Shown: piece by piece, positions 29,720-38,785 of the stretch
How the letters are laid out: the number at the start of each line of letters is the position of its first letter
Position numbering within the stretch: the stretch's first letter is position 1
DNA from: a virus
Taxonomy: Duplodnaviria > Heunggongvirae > Uroviricota > Caudoviricetes
IMG/VR virus record: IMGVR_UViG_3300045988_161728
Direction: 5' to 3' (one strand)
Length of the DNA stretch: 64,000 bases
Notes under the pieces: model-generated
Database searches by the model: none
What the model was told of the DNA's origin: nothing
What the model saw: only the letters and a program-made list of their open reading frames with translations
Made by a program: the position numbers and the translations under genes

Positions 29720-29758
29720 GTCTTCCTCCTGAAGAAAAATTATCAATGAAGTCCTTTG

Positions 29759-30547
29759 TTACTGTGCCGCTTTGTTTAATTCATCAAGAACAGAATCAGG
29801 AACCAAAGCGGCAACTGCGCTGGCTGTGCTGACCTTATTTGCTGATGCTTCCGCAAGCGCGGTACCGATAGCATGGTTATAAGCAGTTATGGCTACGTTG
29901 GCGCTTTCATTCGCTCGTTCATACTGCTGTTGTAACGCAGTTGTGGGCGCTGTTGTCTGGTTGAAAACAACCCCAAACTGTTCAGTTGCTACTTTCAGAG
30001 ATTCAATTTGCTCTTCTGTTAGTGCTGGTGGGGGAGTGGCAGTGCCGCCGCCTGAACCAGAGCCTGACGAGCTTCCTGAGCCAGTGTTAAGGGTCTGGTT
30101 AATCTCCCCCATAGCAGCGACTAAACTTGATGTATTAAGCGCGTTTACAGCGTCCTCAAGCGATTTAGTAATAGTCACATCACCAATGGCAATAGAGATC
30201 GGCAGTTCTGATACTTCTCGCTCATTAGCACGACAGTAAACATCCCAACCAATATCGAGTTGAAGGAGCATTGACAGATCAGCATAACCAGCCAACAGGT
30301 CCGCGTGCTTAGTTGCCAGTTCTCCAATGTTCGTTAAGCCGGTTGTGGTTGTTCTGATCGTTGAAATATAGCTGGTAATAGTGTCGGGATAGACAATTGT
30401 ATCCAGAATTAATCCGGTCAATTCTTCTGCAAGCAGTTTTGCTGTGTTAGCACTGTTTCGTGCCGATGTTATGGCACCAGGTGTTTTCATCCCACCGGCG
30501 GCGGCCAATTTTTTATATGCGGATAACTGGTAGTCTTTTTCCAGCAT
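29759..30547 (-). CDS. Two-domain protein with Gly/Ser linker (P1 UpfB position)
   Basis: Start MLEKDY at 30547 (ORF track 30604); GSGSSSGSGSGGG linker between domains; directly downstream of the PAAR gene. Confidence 0.45.
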   Translation of the reverse strand: MLEKDYQLSAYKKLAAAGGMKTPGAITSARNSANTAKLLAEELTGLILDTIVYPDTITSYISTIRTTTTGLTNIGELATKHADLLAGYADLSMLLQLDIGWDVYCRANEREVSELPISIAIGDVTITKSLEDAVNALNTSSLVAAMGEINQTLNTGSGSSSGSGSGGGTATPPPALTEEQIESLKVATEQFGVVFNQTTAPTTALQQQYERANESANVAITAYNHAIGTALAEASANKVSTASAVAALVPDSVLDELNKAAQ

Positions 30548-30555
30548 GATATCTC

Positions 30556-30840
30556 CTAACTTACCTGAACCAGGCCGTCTCCGGACGCTACGGTAGATCC
30601 GCATGAAACAGGGTCACCAACGCATACGATCCCTTTACCATTGACGGTAAACCATGCCCTGGTTGATATAGCTTGCCCACCGTGCGTACTGTTTCCATCG
30701 GTATGCTGTGCATATTGCTTACCATCAACTAACACTTCGACTCCGTTGACTTTAAGTAGTGGTTCACTCTCTACAGGAGGCCTGGATGGGAATCCTCCGT
30801 GCCCCGAACAAATGCTGTCTTTTGTTGCAATACTTGCCAC
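30556..30840 (-). CDS. PAAR-repeat-like spike-tip protein
   Basis: 94 aa with spaced Cys/His (CSGHGG, HTDG, THGG, VCVGDPVSCGS) and VNG/V.V.G beta-strand pattern characteristic of PAAR domains. Confidence 0.55.
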   Translation of the reverse strand: MASIATKDSICSGHGGFPSRPPVESEPLLKVNGVEVLVDGKQYAQHTDGNSTHGGQAISTRAWFTVNGKGIVCVGDPVSCGSTVASGDGLVQVS

Positions 30841-30920
30841 GTCATCACCAATTATTTGCTCTGGTTTTCGTTATTTTAACTTAGGTTACTTGTGGTCTAT
30901 ATGGTGTTAACTATTGCATG

Positions 30921-30937
30921 ATTGCTCTAATAAATAT
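30921..30937 (+). promoter_or_regulatory. C1-operator-like site
   Basis: ATTGCTCTAATAAATAT upstream of the uhr/hrdC-like genes. Confidence 0.55.
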
Positions 30938-31008
30938 TGTTTTTTATGTCGTGTTTTCGGTACCATTCAGCCATCGCCCTTCAATGGGTATTTGTTTGGA
31001 GTCGTCAG

Positions 31009-31293
31009 ATGCAGATGGAGCTAATAAGCCGCAAAGAGTTCGATAGCCGTGTAACCAGCGGTGAACTCGACAACTTGCAGGCTATCAAGGTGAAAGAAGG
31101 CTTTTGCCTCATTGGGAATCAGAGCGGAACAAATCGCGTTTTTATGCTTCGCCGTACGGATTTGAAGCCATTTGTCTGGAAGAACGAAATTGGTCCCAGC
31201 TCATACGCTCAAACTAGGGGGTGCCTCAACCTGGCCTTTTTCTACAAAAACGAGCTTTCTGTGGTTGATATTCAAGGGTTACAACATGTTTAA
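31009..31293 (+). CDS. Hypothetical protein upstream of hrdC
   Basis: Start at 31009 with GGAG RBS; ORF track 30937..31293. Confidence 0.35.
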   Translation: MQMELISRKEFDSRVTSGELDNLQAIKVKEGFCLIGNQSGTNRVFMLRRTDLKPFVWKNEIGPSSYAQTRGCLNLAFFYKNELSVVDIQGLQHV

Positions 31294-32191
31294 GCACTGG
31301 AAAAACATTACTATTTATAAACTTTCTCGTGAAGCGGATCTGACCGACTTAGAAGATAAAAAGAAAATGATCCTTTTCACGCCATGCGGTAGTCAGGATA
31401 TGGCCAAGTTCGGTTTTGTATCTCCATTTGGTGATAATTCCGAAGTTATCGCTATGCATGGAAATGGTTTTATCCTTGTTGAAGCAAAGCGCGAAACAAA
31501 AATCCTTCCCCCGCCGGTTATCCAGCGAGCTATTCAAGAAAAAATTGAAAAACTCGAGCAAGAACAAGCGCGTAAACTGAAGAAAACAGAGAAGGACTCC
31601 CTGAAAGACGAAGTTCTGCATTCTCTTCTGCCACGGGCTTTTTCAAAGTTTTCTGTTATCCAGGCGATCTACGACGGTTCAACTAAACGTATCTATATCA
31701 ATGCCAGCGCGCGGCAGGCAGAGGATATGCTCGCGCTTATGCGTAAATCTCTGGGTTCTCTTCCTGTTGTTCCCCTAAGTGTTGAAAATCCCATTGAATT
31801 AACGCTGACCGACTGGGTACGTGATGGTAGTGCTCCACAGGGATTTCAAATGGGGGATGCGGCAGAACTTAAGGCAGTGCTTGAGGATGGCGGTATTGCC
31901 CGAGTGAAAAAGCAGGATTTGGGAAGCGATGAAATTTCCACACACCTGGAAGCTGGCAAGCTCGTTACTAAGTTGGCACTCGACTGGCAGAACCGCATTA
32001 AATTTACACTGGACCATAACTTCAGCCTTACCAGCGTCAAATTTGCGGATGAATTGCTTGAGCAGAACTCTGATATTGATAGTGAAGATGTTGCGCAGCG
32101 ACTGGACGCAGATTTCTTCCTGTTGACCAGTGAAATTTCGTGCCTGGTTGATGCTCTGGTAAATGCCCTTGGTGGAGAGGCTAAGCAGTGA
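31286..32191 (+). CDS. hrdC: RdgC-family recombination-associated protein
   Basis: Starts [13 protein letters not shown], which aligns with the RdgC N-terminus (MLWFKNLMVYRL); about 302 aa as in RdgC; the ORF track's upstream start at 31172 is likely read-through. Confidence 0.75.
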   Translation: MFKHWKNITIYKLSREADLTDLEDKKKMILFTPCGSQDMAKFGFVSPFGDNSEVIAMHGNGFILVEAKRETKILPPPVIQRAIQEKIEKLEQEQARKLKKTEKDSLKDEVLHSLLPRAFSKFSVIQAIYDGSTKRIYINASARQAEDMLALMRKSLGSLPVVPLSVENPIELTLTDWVRDGSAPQGFQMGDAAELKAVLEDGGIARVKKQDLGSDEISTHLEAGKLVTKLALDWQNRIKFTLDHNFSLTSVKFADELLEQNSDIDSEDVAQRLDADFFLLTSEISCLVDALVNALGGEAKQ

Positions 32192-34206
32192 AAGAGCTGT
32201 GCTATGGATCTGTTTGCAGTGGAATTGAAGCCGCGAGTATTGCCTGGGAACCGTTGGGTATGCGTCCGGCGTGGTTTGCTGAAATCGAGCCTTTTCCATC
32301 TGCCGTTCTTGCGCACCGCTGGCCCCATGTCGCCAACCTTGGCGACATGACAAAACTTGCCAAAAAAGTCCTGGCTGGGGAAATCGAATCCCCTGATGTG
32401 CTCGTCGGGGGTACGCCTTGTCAGGCATTCAGTATCGCGGGCTTACGTGGTGGGCTTGATGATGAACGCGGCGCGCTAACTTTGAAGTATGTGGAGCTTG
32501 CAAATGCAATTGACGACAAACGGTCTGAGTCCTTCCTCAAACCGACAGTTATCGTCTGGGAAAATGTCCCAGGAGTCCTGTCATCGGCAGATAACGCCTT
32601 CGGATGTTTCCTTGCCGGATTGGCTGGAGAAGATGCGCCATTTGAACCAGGTGATCGACCTGAATCAGGAAAAAGTAACGCGTTCTGGCGGTGGGATGGC
32701 AAAACCGGTTGCCATGCTCCAAAGTGGCCGCAGTGTGGTTGTATTTATGGACCGCAGCGAAAGGTGGCCTGGAGAATCCTTGATGCCCAATACTTCGGAG
32801 TGGCACAACGACGCCGACGCGTGTTTGTTGTCGCAAGTGCTCGAACAGACCTCGATCCCGCAACGGTACTTTTTGAGTTCGAAGGCGTGCGCCGGAATAT
32901 TGCGCCGAGCAGAGGCGAGGGGAAGGAAACTACCAGATATACTTCAAACATCGCTATCAGATCTTGCGATGATACAAACATAGTTGCCATGGCACATGGG
33001 CAAGGAGGGGCTGAGATAAAAACCGATAATTCGGCACCAACTTTGACATGTAACCATGAAGCACCAATTGTATTGCTCGTCGACGGTAGAATGCGCCGTC
33101 TTATCCCTGTCGAATGTGAAAGGCTGCAAGGTTTTCCTGATGGACATACATTGATCCCTACGGAAAAGCGTAAAAAAGTTTCTTCAGATGAACTGGCATA
33201 CCTTCGCAAAAACTATCCTGATTTGAGCGAAGAAGAGGCCGCGATGCTTGCAGCTGACGGACCGCGTTACAAAGCGATCGGCAATAGTATGGCGATACCA
33301 GTAATGCGCTGGATTGGCGATCGGATTGCCAAGGCTGCATGTCGGCAGAAGGAAGGGAGTGAAACAAAAGAGCGAAAAGTTAAACCAGCGGCAGAATTCG
33401 AACGGTCCATATTCAAATGGGCTGGTGGAAAATTTGGTGTTCTGGAACAAATCTTTCGCTATTTGCCAGAAGGGAAGCGCCTGATTGAGCCTTTCGTTGG
33501 TGGCGGAGCTGTCTTCATGAATGCCGGATACCAGGAAAATCTGCTAAATGATGTGAATGCTGACCTGATTAACTTTTACAAGACTCTGCAACGCGAGGCG
33601 CATTCACTTATCACTCTGGCACATCGTTTCTTCCAGGACTACAACACGCAGGAAGGATACCTGGCAGTACGGAATGCGTTTAACAAACAAGTCTATGATG
33701 ATTTACATCGCGCAGCGGCGTTTTTGTTCCTGAACCGACATTGTTTTAACGGATTGACGCGTTACAACCAAGCCGGTGAGTTCAATGTCGGTTATGGGAA
33801 GTATAAAACTCCGTATTTCCCATTGCAGGAGATGGAAGCCTTCCTTGGTGCGGAAGGGCGTTCTGAGTTTGTATGTGGTGATTTTGCTGCGGTGATTGAA
33901 GCTGCCGGAGAAGGAGATGTCATCTTTTGCGATCCGCCGTATGAACCGCTCCCAAATACAGAGGGATTCACGAACTATTCCGGTCATGACTTTAAGTTTG
34001 AAGAGCAAAAACGCCTGGCGTCTCTGTTGACGGATGCTCATCGCCGAGGTGCAAAGGTTCTCATTACTAACAGTGGCGCGCCAAACATCAGAGAACTTTA
34101 TCAGGACAGTGGCTTCAGAGTGGAACCTCTTTTTGCCAGACGTTCTGTGTCTTGTAAGGGGGACACTCGAGGTGTTGCTCATGACGTTATAGCAATATTG
34201 CTCTAA
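32188..34206 (+). CDS. dmt: Bifunctional DNA methyltransferase (N-terminal C5-cytosine, C-terminal Dam-like N6-adenine)
   Basis: C5-MTase motifs [11 protein letters not shown] and ENVPG in the first half; Dam-type FKWAGGK and DPPY in the second half; GTG start with GGAGAGG RBS. Confidence 0.85.
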   Translation: MKELCYGSVCSGIEAASIAWEPLGMRPAWFAEIEPFPSAVLAHRWPHVANLGDMTKLAKKVLAGEIESPDVLVGGTPCQAFSIAGLRGGLDDERGALTLKYVELANAIDDKRSESFLKPTVIVWENVPGVLSSADNAFGCFLAGLAGEDAPFEPGDRPESGKSNAFWRWDGKTGCHAPKWPQCGCIYGPQRKVAWRILDAQYFGVAQRRRRVFVVASARTDLDPATVLFEFEGVRRNIAPSRGEGKETTRYTSNIAIRSCDDTNIVAMAHGQGGAEIKTDNSAPTLTCNHEAPIVLLVDGRMRRLIPVECERLQGFPDGHTLIPTEKRKKVSSDELAYLRKNYPDLSEEEAAMLAADGPRYKAIGNSMAIPVMRWIGDRIAKAACRQKEGSETKERKVKPAAEFERSIFKWAGGKFGVLEQIFRYLPEGKRLIEPFVGGGAVFMNAGYQENLLNDVNADLINFYKTLQREAHSLITLAHRFFQDYNTQEGYLAVRNAFNKQVYDDLHRAAAFLFLNRHCFNGLTRYNQAGEFNVGYGKYKTPYFPLQEMEAFLGAEGRSEFVCGDFAAVIEAAGEGDVIFCDPPYEPLPNTEGFTNYSGHDFKFEEQKRLASLLTDAHRRGAKVLITNSGAPNIRELYQDSGFRVEPLFARRSVSCKGDTRGVAHDVIAILL

Positions 34207-34213
34207 TAAATTT
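34197..34213 (+). promoter_or_regulatory. C1-operator-like site overlapping the dmt stop
   Basis: ATTGCTCTAATAAATTT, perfect match to the remembered consensus. Confidence 0.6.
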
Positions 34214-34390
34214 ATTAGTGTAATATCGCCTCAATGAATCGTGATTTATAGAGCGATTTAGCTGTTAGCCGCGACAGGCGCGGCGGCAAGTATGGCGGGG
34301 TAGTGACTCCTTCCCCCTCATGACGCCGAGTTGCCAGGTTGACCATACGCCTAAGTGGCAACACCGAAGTGCGTTACGAGCTTCCAGTTT

Positions 34391-34417
34391 GCCCATCTTC
34401 GGGTGGGCGTTTTTTTC
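34391..34417 (+). terminator. Intrinsic terminator
   Basis: GCCCATC-TTCG-GGTGGGC stem-loop followed by GTTTTTTT. Confidence 0.6.
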
Positions 34418-34881
34418 AGGGTTTTCGTCATGGTTAGCGACTTTGCGGCGGTTTAGAAACTGACCATTAAAGTAAATGCAAACGATGATCTGATGATGGT
34501 AGCGGCCTAAGAAGCCAGACGCCACGGGGTATGAGTCGTCCCCCGTCAAAAAATCGACCGCAGAGTGTCCCCGTCTGTGTATTAGGGAACGGGGAGGCAC
34601 AACAGGTAAGGGCGCTGGTGTGATTAACCAGATGAACGAGAAGGGGCCATCTGTTGGTCAGCGTCCTTTCCTGTTGCGTCTTCTTTTCAGCGTAACAGCG
34701 GTGCTTAACAGCACTTTGGGTACAGTTCCACGAATTTACGGGTATATCCCGTCATGCTGAAAGCGCTAATCACGCTGGAAGCCAGGGTTATGCATCCCCT
34801 GTTACCGAATTGCAGCCAGGGCGCGGTGCGCCGAAAAGCATACGGAGGTGGAAGCCCTCGCCGGAGACGTACCCGGCAAGT

Positions 34882-34957
34882 GATGGTGTAGCTCAGCGGT
34901 TAGAGCGGTTGACTGTTAATCAACGGGTCGATGGTTCAAATCCATCCACCATCGCCA
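34882..34957 (+). tRNA. tRNA-Asn (anticodon GUU)
   Basis: Manual cloverleaf: 7-bp acceptor GATGGTG/CACCATC, D-arm GCTC..GAGC, anticodon loop CTGTTAA, T-arm GATGG-TTCAAAT-CCATC, encoded CCA. Confidence 0.8.
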
Positions 34958-34959
34958 AT

Positions 34960-35035
34960 GCCGGTTTAGCTCAGTTGGTAGAGCGCCTGCCTTGTAAGCA
35001 GGATGTCAGCGGTTCGAGTCCGTTAATCGGCACCA
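34960..35035 (+). tRNA. tRNA-Thr (anticodon UGU)
   Basis: Acceptor GCCGGTT/AATCGGC, anticodon loop CTTGTAA, T-loop TTCGAGT, encoded CCA; starts 2 nt after tRNA-Asn. Confidence 0.8.
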
Positions 35036-35830
35036 GCACAACAGGTAAGGGTATTTTGCGACGTCGGAGATCGCCGAGCTTGGCAGAGGGTTCGAATCCC
35101 TACGAAGTACCCTTACCGTTGTGATGAATGCGCAGGCTGATGCGCGAAAGACATTGCAGCTATTGCGGAAAAGAGCTGTTCGGCGGGGCAATTAAACGCC
35201 CGTGAGAGTCTGAAATAACCGCAAGCCGGAGATCAGCACCGGTCATCACAACACAACAGGTAAGGGCATTCTCCCTTATGGGGCTTGGCTTAAATGCATC
35301 GAGTGCTCTTACCGTTGTGATGAAGTGCAGCTCTTTGAAGCAACCAGAAGATAAGCATCTGGCTTCACAACATAAACCGCAGGAACGACCAATAAACGGT
35401 AGTCCGTATGGAGAACACCCCGTTGAGGAAGAGGCCTGGCCGGAACCGTAACCGGCACTACAACGTTGAGAACACTGGCGTAACGGGGTCATATCCCAAT
35501 CTACGAATAAATGTTGCGTTGCAGCGTGACAACCAGTGTTCTCAACATTGTGGTGAATGCACAGGCTGATGTGCCGCAACTACAGTAGTGCGCGCTTTGC
35601 GGGGCTTGCTACAACCCTGTGTCGGAGTTCAGCACCGACCATCACAGTTTGATTCTCTGGCATGAGCATAACGCTGAAATAAGTCCAGCCTGGTGCGGCC
35701 CGATCACCCGCCGTTAGCTCCACGAAACGGAGCACGTAACAGGTAAGAGCATTCTCCTGTAACGGGTTCATATCCCAATCTACAGGTCCACCAAGAATGC
35801 TCTTTCCGTTGCGGTGAATGCGGCTAAGCG
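35036..35830 (+). repeat. Array of about four long-hairpin tRNA-like repeat units
   Basis: Units at about 35038..35120, 35256..35320, 35455..35560 and 35737..35812 share AACAGGTAAGRGYATT ... CCGTTGYGRTGAAKGC arms; unit 1 encloses a T-arm-like GGGTTCGAATCCC, unit 3 encloses GGGTTCATATCCC and ends CCACCA. Confidence 0.5.
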
Positions 35831-35963
35831 CACGCGGGGAAATGGTTATATCAGTCCATTCATTTCTCCTTGTTTCCCCGTCCACGGTGGATAACCAGCC
35901 AAAGGACACCGGGAGGCACCCGGCACCGCAGCTTTTTTATTCGTTAAATAATGGAGTGAGAGG

Positions 35964-36200
35964 ATGCAGAACAATCCGAACAAATGTCGAACGCTATGGG
36001 TGCGGTTATATATTTATGCCGTCCTCTGTTTGATTGTGTCACTGGTTCTGTATGTTTGGCTTTTGCCAAATATGATCTCATCTAACAGCACAATACTTGT
36101 ATTGTTGGGAGTCCTTCTCGCGCTCATTTACCCGGCTTTCGCAGTAGTCTTTTTTCGTGAAAAAACCAGGAAATTAATTAATGAAAAAAACGTTGATTAG
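35964..36200 (+). CDS. Small inner-membrane protein (two TM helices)
   Basis: 78 aa hydrophobic ORF, stop overlaps plp start. Confidence 0.4.
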   Translation: MQNNPNKCRTLWVRLYIYAVLCLIVSLVLYVWLLPNMISSNSTILVLLGVLLALIYPAFAVVFFREKTRKLINEKNVD

Positions 36201-37008
36201 TGCAGCGATTATTTTGGGTTCTTTATGTCTGACCGGATGCGATCGGGTAGAGCCAGGTAACGTAGGGATCAAAGTAAATAAGCTGGGGGATGATAAAGGT
36301 ATCGGTGAAGTAGTTGGCGTTGGTCGCTACTGGACAGGCTTGAATACTGAAGTTTATATCTTCCCGACCTTTAAGCAAATGAAGACATACGATGAGCCGT
36401 TCAGCTTCCAGATGAGCGACGGAACAACCATTGGTTACCACATCGGCGTAGCCTACAAGGTTGATCCAGCAAAAGTCACAACGGTATTTCAGACCTATCG
36501 CAAAGGTGTAGATGATATTACTGATACCGATCTACGCCAGAAGGTTGCAGATGCTCTGAACCGGTTAGCCAGCAAAATGACCACCGACAAATTTATCGAC
36601 GGTGGCAAATCTGAATTGCTTGATGCAGCCCTTAAAGACATTCAGGAAGAAATGACGCCAATCGGCATTCAGGTGATGAGCCTCTCTTATGTAGGTAAGC
36701 CAGAATACCCGCCAACAGTTATTGACAGTATTAACGCCAAAGTCACGGCAAACCAAAAAACCCTGCAACGCGAGCAAGAGGTCAAACAACGTGAAGCAGA
36801 GGCCAACATGCTGCGCGCGGAAGCTGCCGGACAGGCTGATGCTATTCGCACAAAAGCCCAGGCCGAAGCTGATGCCATTCGTTTACGTGGTGAAGCTCTG
36901 CGCCAGAACCCCGGTGTTATGGAGTTGGAAGCGATCAACAAATGGAACGGTACATTACCGCAGTATATGACCAGTAATACCGCTGTTCCGTTTGTTCCGG
37001 TGAAATAA
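36181..37008 (+). CDS. plp: SPFH/band-7-like lipoprotein Plp
   Basis: Lipobox LCLTGC after signal peptide; C-terminal Ala/Glu/Gln-rich coiled segment typical of SPFH proteins. Confidence 0.65.
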   Translation: MKKTLISAAIILGSLCLTGCDRVEPGNVGIKVNKLGDDKGIGEVVGVGRYWTGLNTEVYIFPTFKQMKTYDEPFSFQMSDGTTIGYHIGVAYKVDPAKVTTVFQTYRKGVDDITDTDLRQKVADALNRLASKMTTDKFIDGGKSELLDAALKDIQEEMTPIGIQVMSLSYVGKPEYPPTVIDSINAKVTANQKTLQREQEVKQREAEANMLRAEAAGQADAIRTKAQAEADAIRLRGEALRQNPGVMELEAINKWNGTLPQYMTSNTAVPFVPVK

Positions 37009-37035
37009 AAGCGTAAGCAAAATTGGCAGTAATCC

Positions 37036-37111
37036 GGCCCTTTAGCTCAGTGGTTAGAGCTGGCGACTCATAATCGCACGGTCACCGGTTCAAGTCCGGT
37101 AGGGGCCACCA
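37036..37111 (+). tRNA. tRNA-Ile2-like (anticodon CAU; Met/Ile ambiguity)
   Basis: Acceptor GGCCCTT/AGGGGCC, anticodon loop CTCATAA, T-loop TTCAAGT, encoded CCA; P1 carries an ileX-type tRNA (from memory). Confidence 0.75.
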
Positions 37112-37397
37112 TATTTGGTTGTAACACGGCGTCTGGCACATGCGTCGTTAGCGGTCTGGTGACGTTAAAAGGGGGGAACCTTGCCCCTAGCTCAGGCAAC
37201 GAACCAGGTAGCCGGAATGTGCAAGCCACCGTTTGTTGTTTCTCGGGTAAAGGGATTCACCATCCTGGCGATTCGGTGTGACAGCCGGGAAGAGTCCGGC
37301 GCATTAATCCTGATTTTCTGGTGATGACTCATATCGTTAGGAGTGATTTGAGTATGCCGATTATATCTGACATTCAGCACGCCTGGGTGGAGTGCTA

Positions 37398-38762
37398 ATG
37401 TCTGCATCCCCTCTTGAATCCATGCCAAATTCCCTTAGTGCAGAACAAGCTGTACTTGGTGGCTTAATGCTTGATAACTGCCGCTGGGATGAAGTTGCAG
37501 ATCGTATAGTTGCTGATGATTTTTATACCAGTGCTCATCGTGAAATTTTCAGTGAGATGGAGAGGTTATTAAGTCATGGCAAACCGATTGATTTGATAAC
37601 ACTTGCTGAAGCACTTGAACAGAACGGTAAATTAGAACGCGCCGGTGGTTTTGCGTACCTTGCGGAGATGTCAAAGAACACGCCCAGCGCGGCAAATATT
37701 TGTGCTTATGCGGATATCGTTCGTGAACGCGCGGTTGTTCGTGAAATGATTTCCGTCGCAAATGAAATAGCCGAAGCTGGATATGCGCAGGATGGCAGGG
37801 GCAGCAATGAATTGCTGGATATGGCCGAGCGCCGCGTTTTTGAAATAGCTGAAAAACGACAAAAGAGCGGTAGTGGTCCAAAAGATATCGCCAGCATTCT
37901 CGATGCAACGGTATCTCGCATAGAAGAGTTGTTTCAGCGACCACATGATGGTGTAACGGGGCTTGATACGGGATTTACCGATCTCAATAAGAAGACGGCA
38001 GGGCTTCAGCCGTCCGATCTCATCATTGTCGCCGCCCGCCCATCTATGGGGAAGACCACGTTTGCGATGAATCTCGTCGAAAATGCCGCAGTTCGTAACG
38101 ATAAGCCCGTATTGGTTTTTAGCCTTGAGATGCCGAGCCACCAGCTGATGATGCGCTCACTGGCTTCTCTTGCACGCGTTGATCAGACTCGTATTCGGAC
38201 AGGGCAACTTAACGACGAGGATTGGGCGCGGGTTTCTGGCGCAATGGGTATTCTGTTGGACAAGCAGAATATTTTTATTGATGACTCAAGCGCCCTGACG
38301 CCGACAGAGCTACGTTCCCGCGCTCGTCGTGTTTATAAAGAAAATGGTGGTTTGAGCATGATTATGATCGACTACCTGCAACTTATGCGCGTCCCCGAGC
38401 TGCAAGATAACCGAACGCTGGAAATTGCCGAGATTTCTCGCTCACTGAAGGCGTTGGCGAAGGAATTACAAGTACCGGTGGTGGCATTGTCACAACTTAA
38501 TCGATCGCTTGAACAGCGTGCGGACAAACGACCGGTAAATTCAGATTTACGTGAATCAGGAGCAATTGAGCAGGACGCAGACCTGATTATGTTTCTGTAT
38601 CGCGACGAAGTTTATCACCCGGATAGCGAAATGAAGGGCATTGCCGAGGTAATTATCGGAAAGCAACGAAATGGCCCAATTGGCACGGTGAGATTGGCTT
38701 TTAACGGCCAATACTCACGGTTTGATAACTATGCTGGTGCTGACTGGCAAGAGGATTATTAA
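37398..38762 (+). CDS. ban: Replicative DNA helicase, DnaB analogue Ban
   Basis: About 454 aa; DnaB N-terminal domain plus Walker A (ARPSMGKTT) and RecA-like C-terminal domain; ATG 37398 with GGAG RBS (ORF track 37392 GTG). Confidence 0.9.
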   Translation: MSASPLESMPNSLSAEQAVLGGLMLDNCRWDEVADRIVADDFYTSAHREIFSEMERLLSHGKPIDLITLAEALEQNGKLERAGGFAYLAEMSKNTPSAANICAYADIVRERAVVREMISVANEIAEAGYAQDGRGSNELLDMAERRVFEIAEKRQKSGSGPKDIASILDATVSRIEELFQRPHDGVTGLDTGFTDLNKKTAGLQPSDLIIVAARPSMGKTTFAMNLVENAAVRNDKPVLVFSLEMPSHQLMMRSLASLARVDQTRIRTGQLNDEDWARVSGAMGILLDKQNIFIDDSSALTPTELRSRARRVYKENGGLSMIMIDYLQLMRVPELQDNRTLEIAEISRSLKALAKELQVPVVALSQLNRSLEQRADKRPVNSDLRESGAIEQDADLIMFLYRDEVYHPDSEMKGIAEVIIGKQRNGPIGTVRLAFNGQYSRFDNYAGADWQEDY

Positions 38763-38785
38763 TGCAATGGAATGAGGAAAAGCCG

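Noticed and set aside
35036-35830. Possible CRISPR array (repeated units near RNA genes)
   Set aside because: Units are imperfect, irregularly spaced, internally palindromic and lack unique spacers of uniform length; no cas genes.
34810-35909. ORFs 34810..35124 (+), 35006..35191 (-), 35160..35579 (-), 35580..35909 (-)
   Set aside because: They overlap the two tRNA genes and the hairpin-repeat array; Cys/Arg-rich translations typical of structured non-coding DNA.
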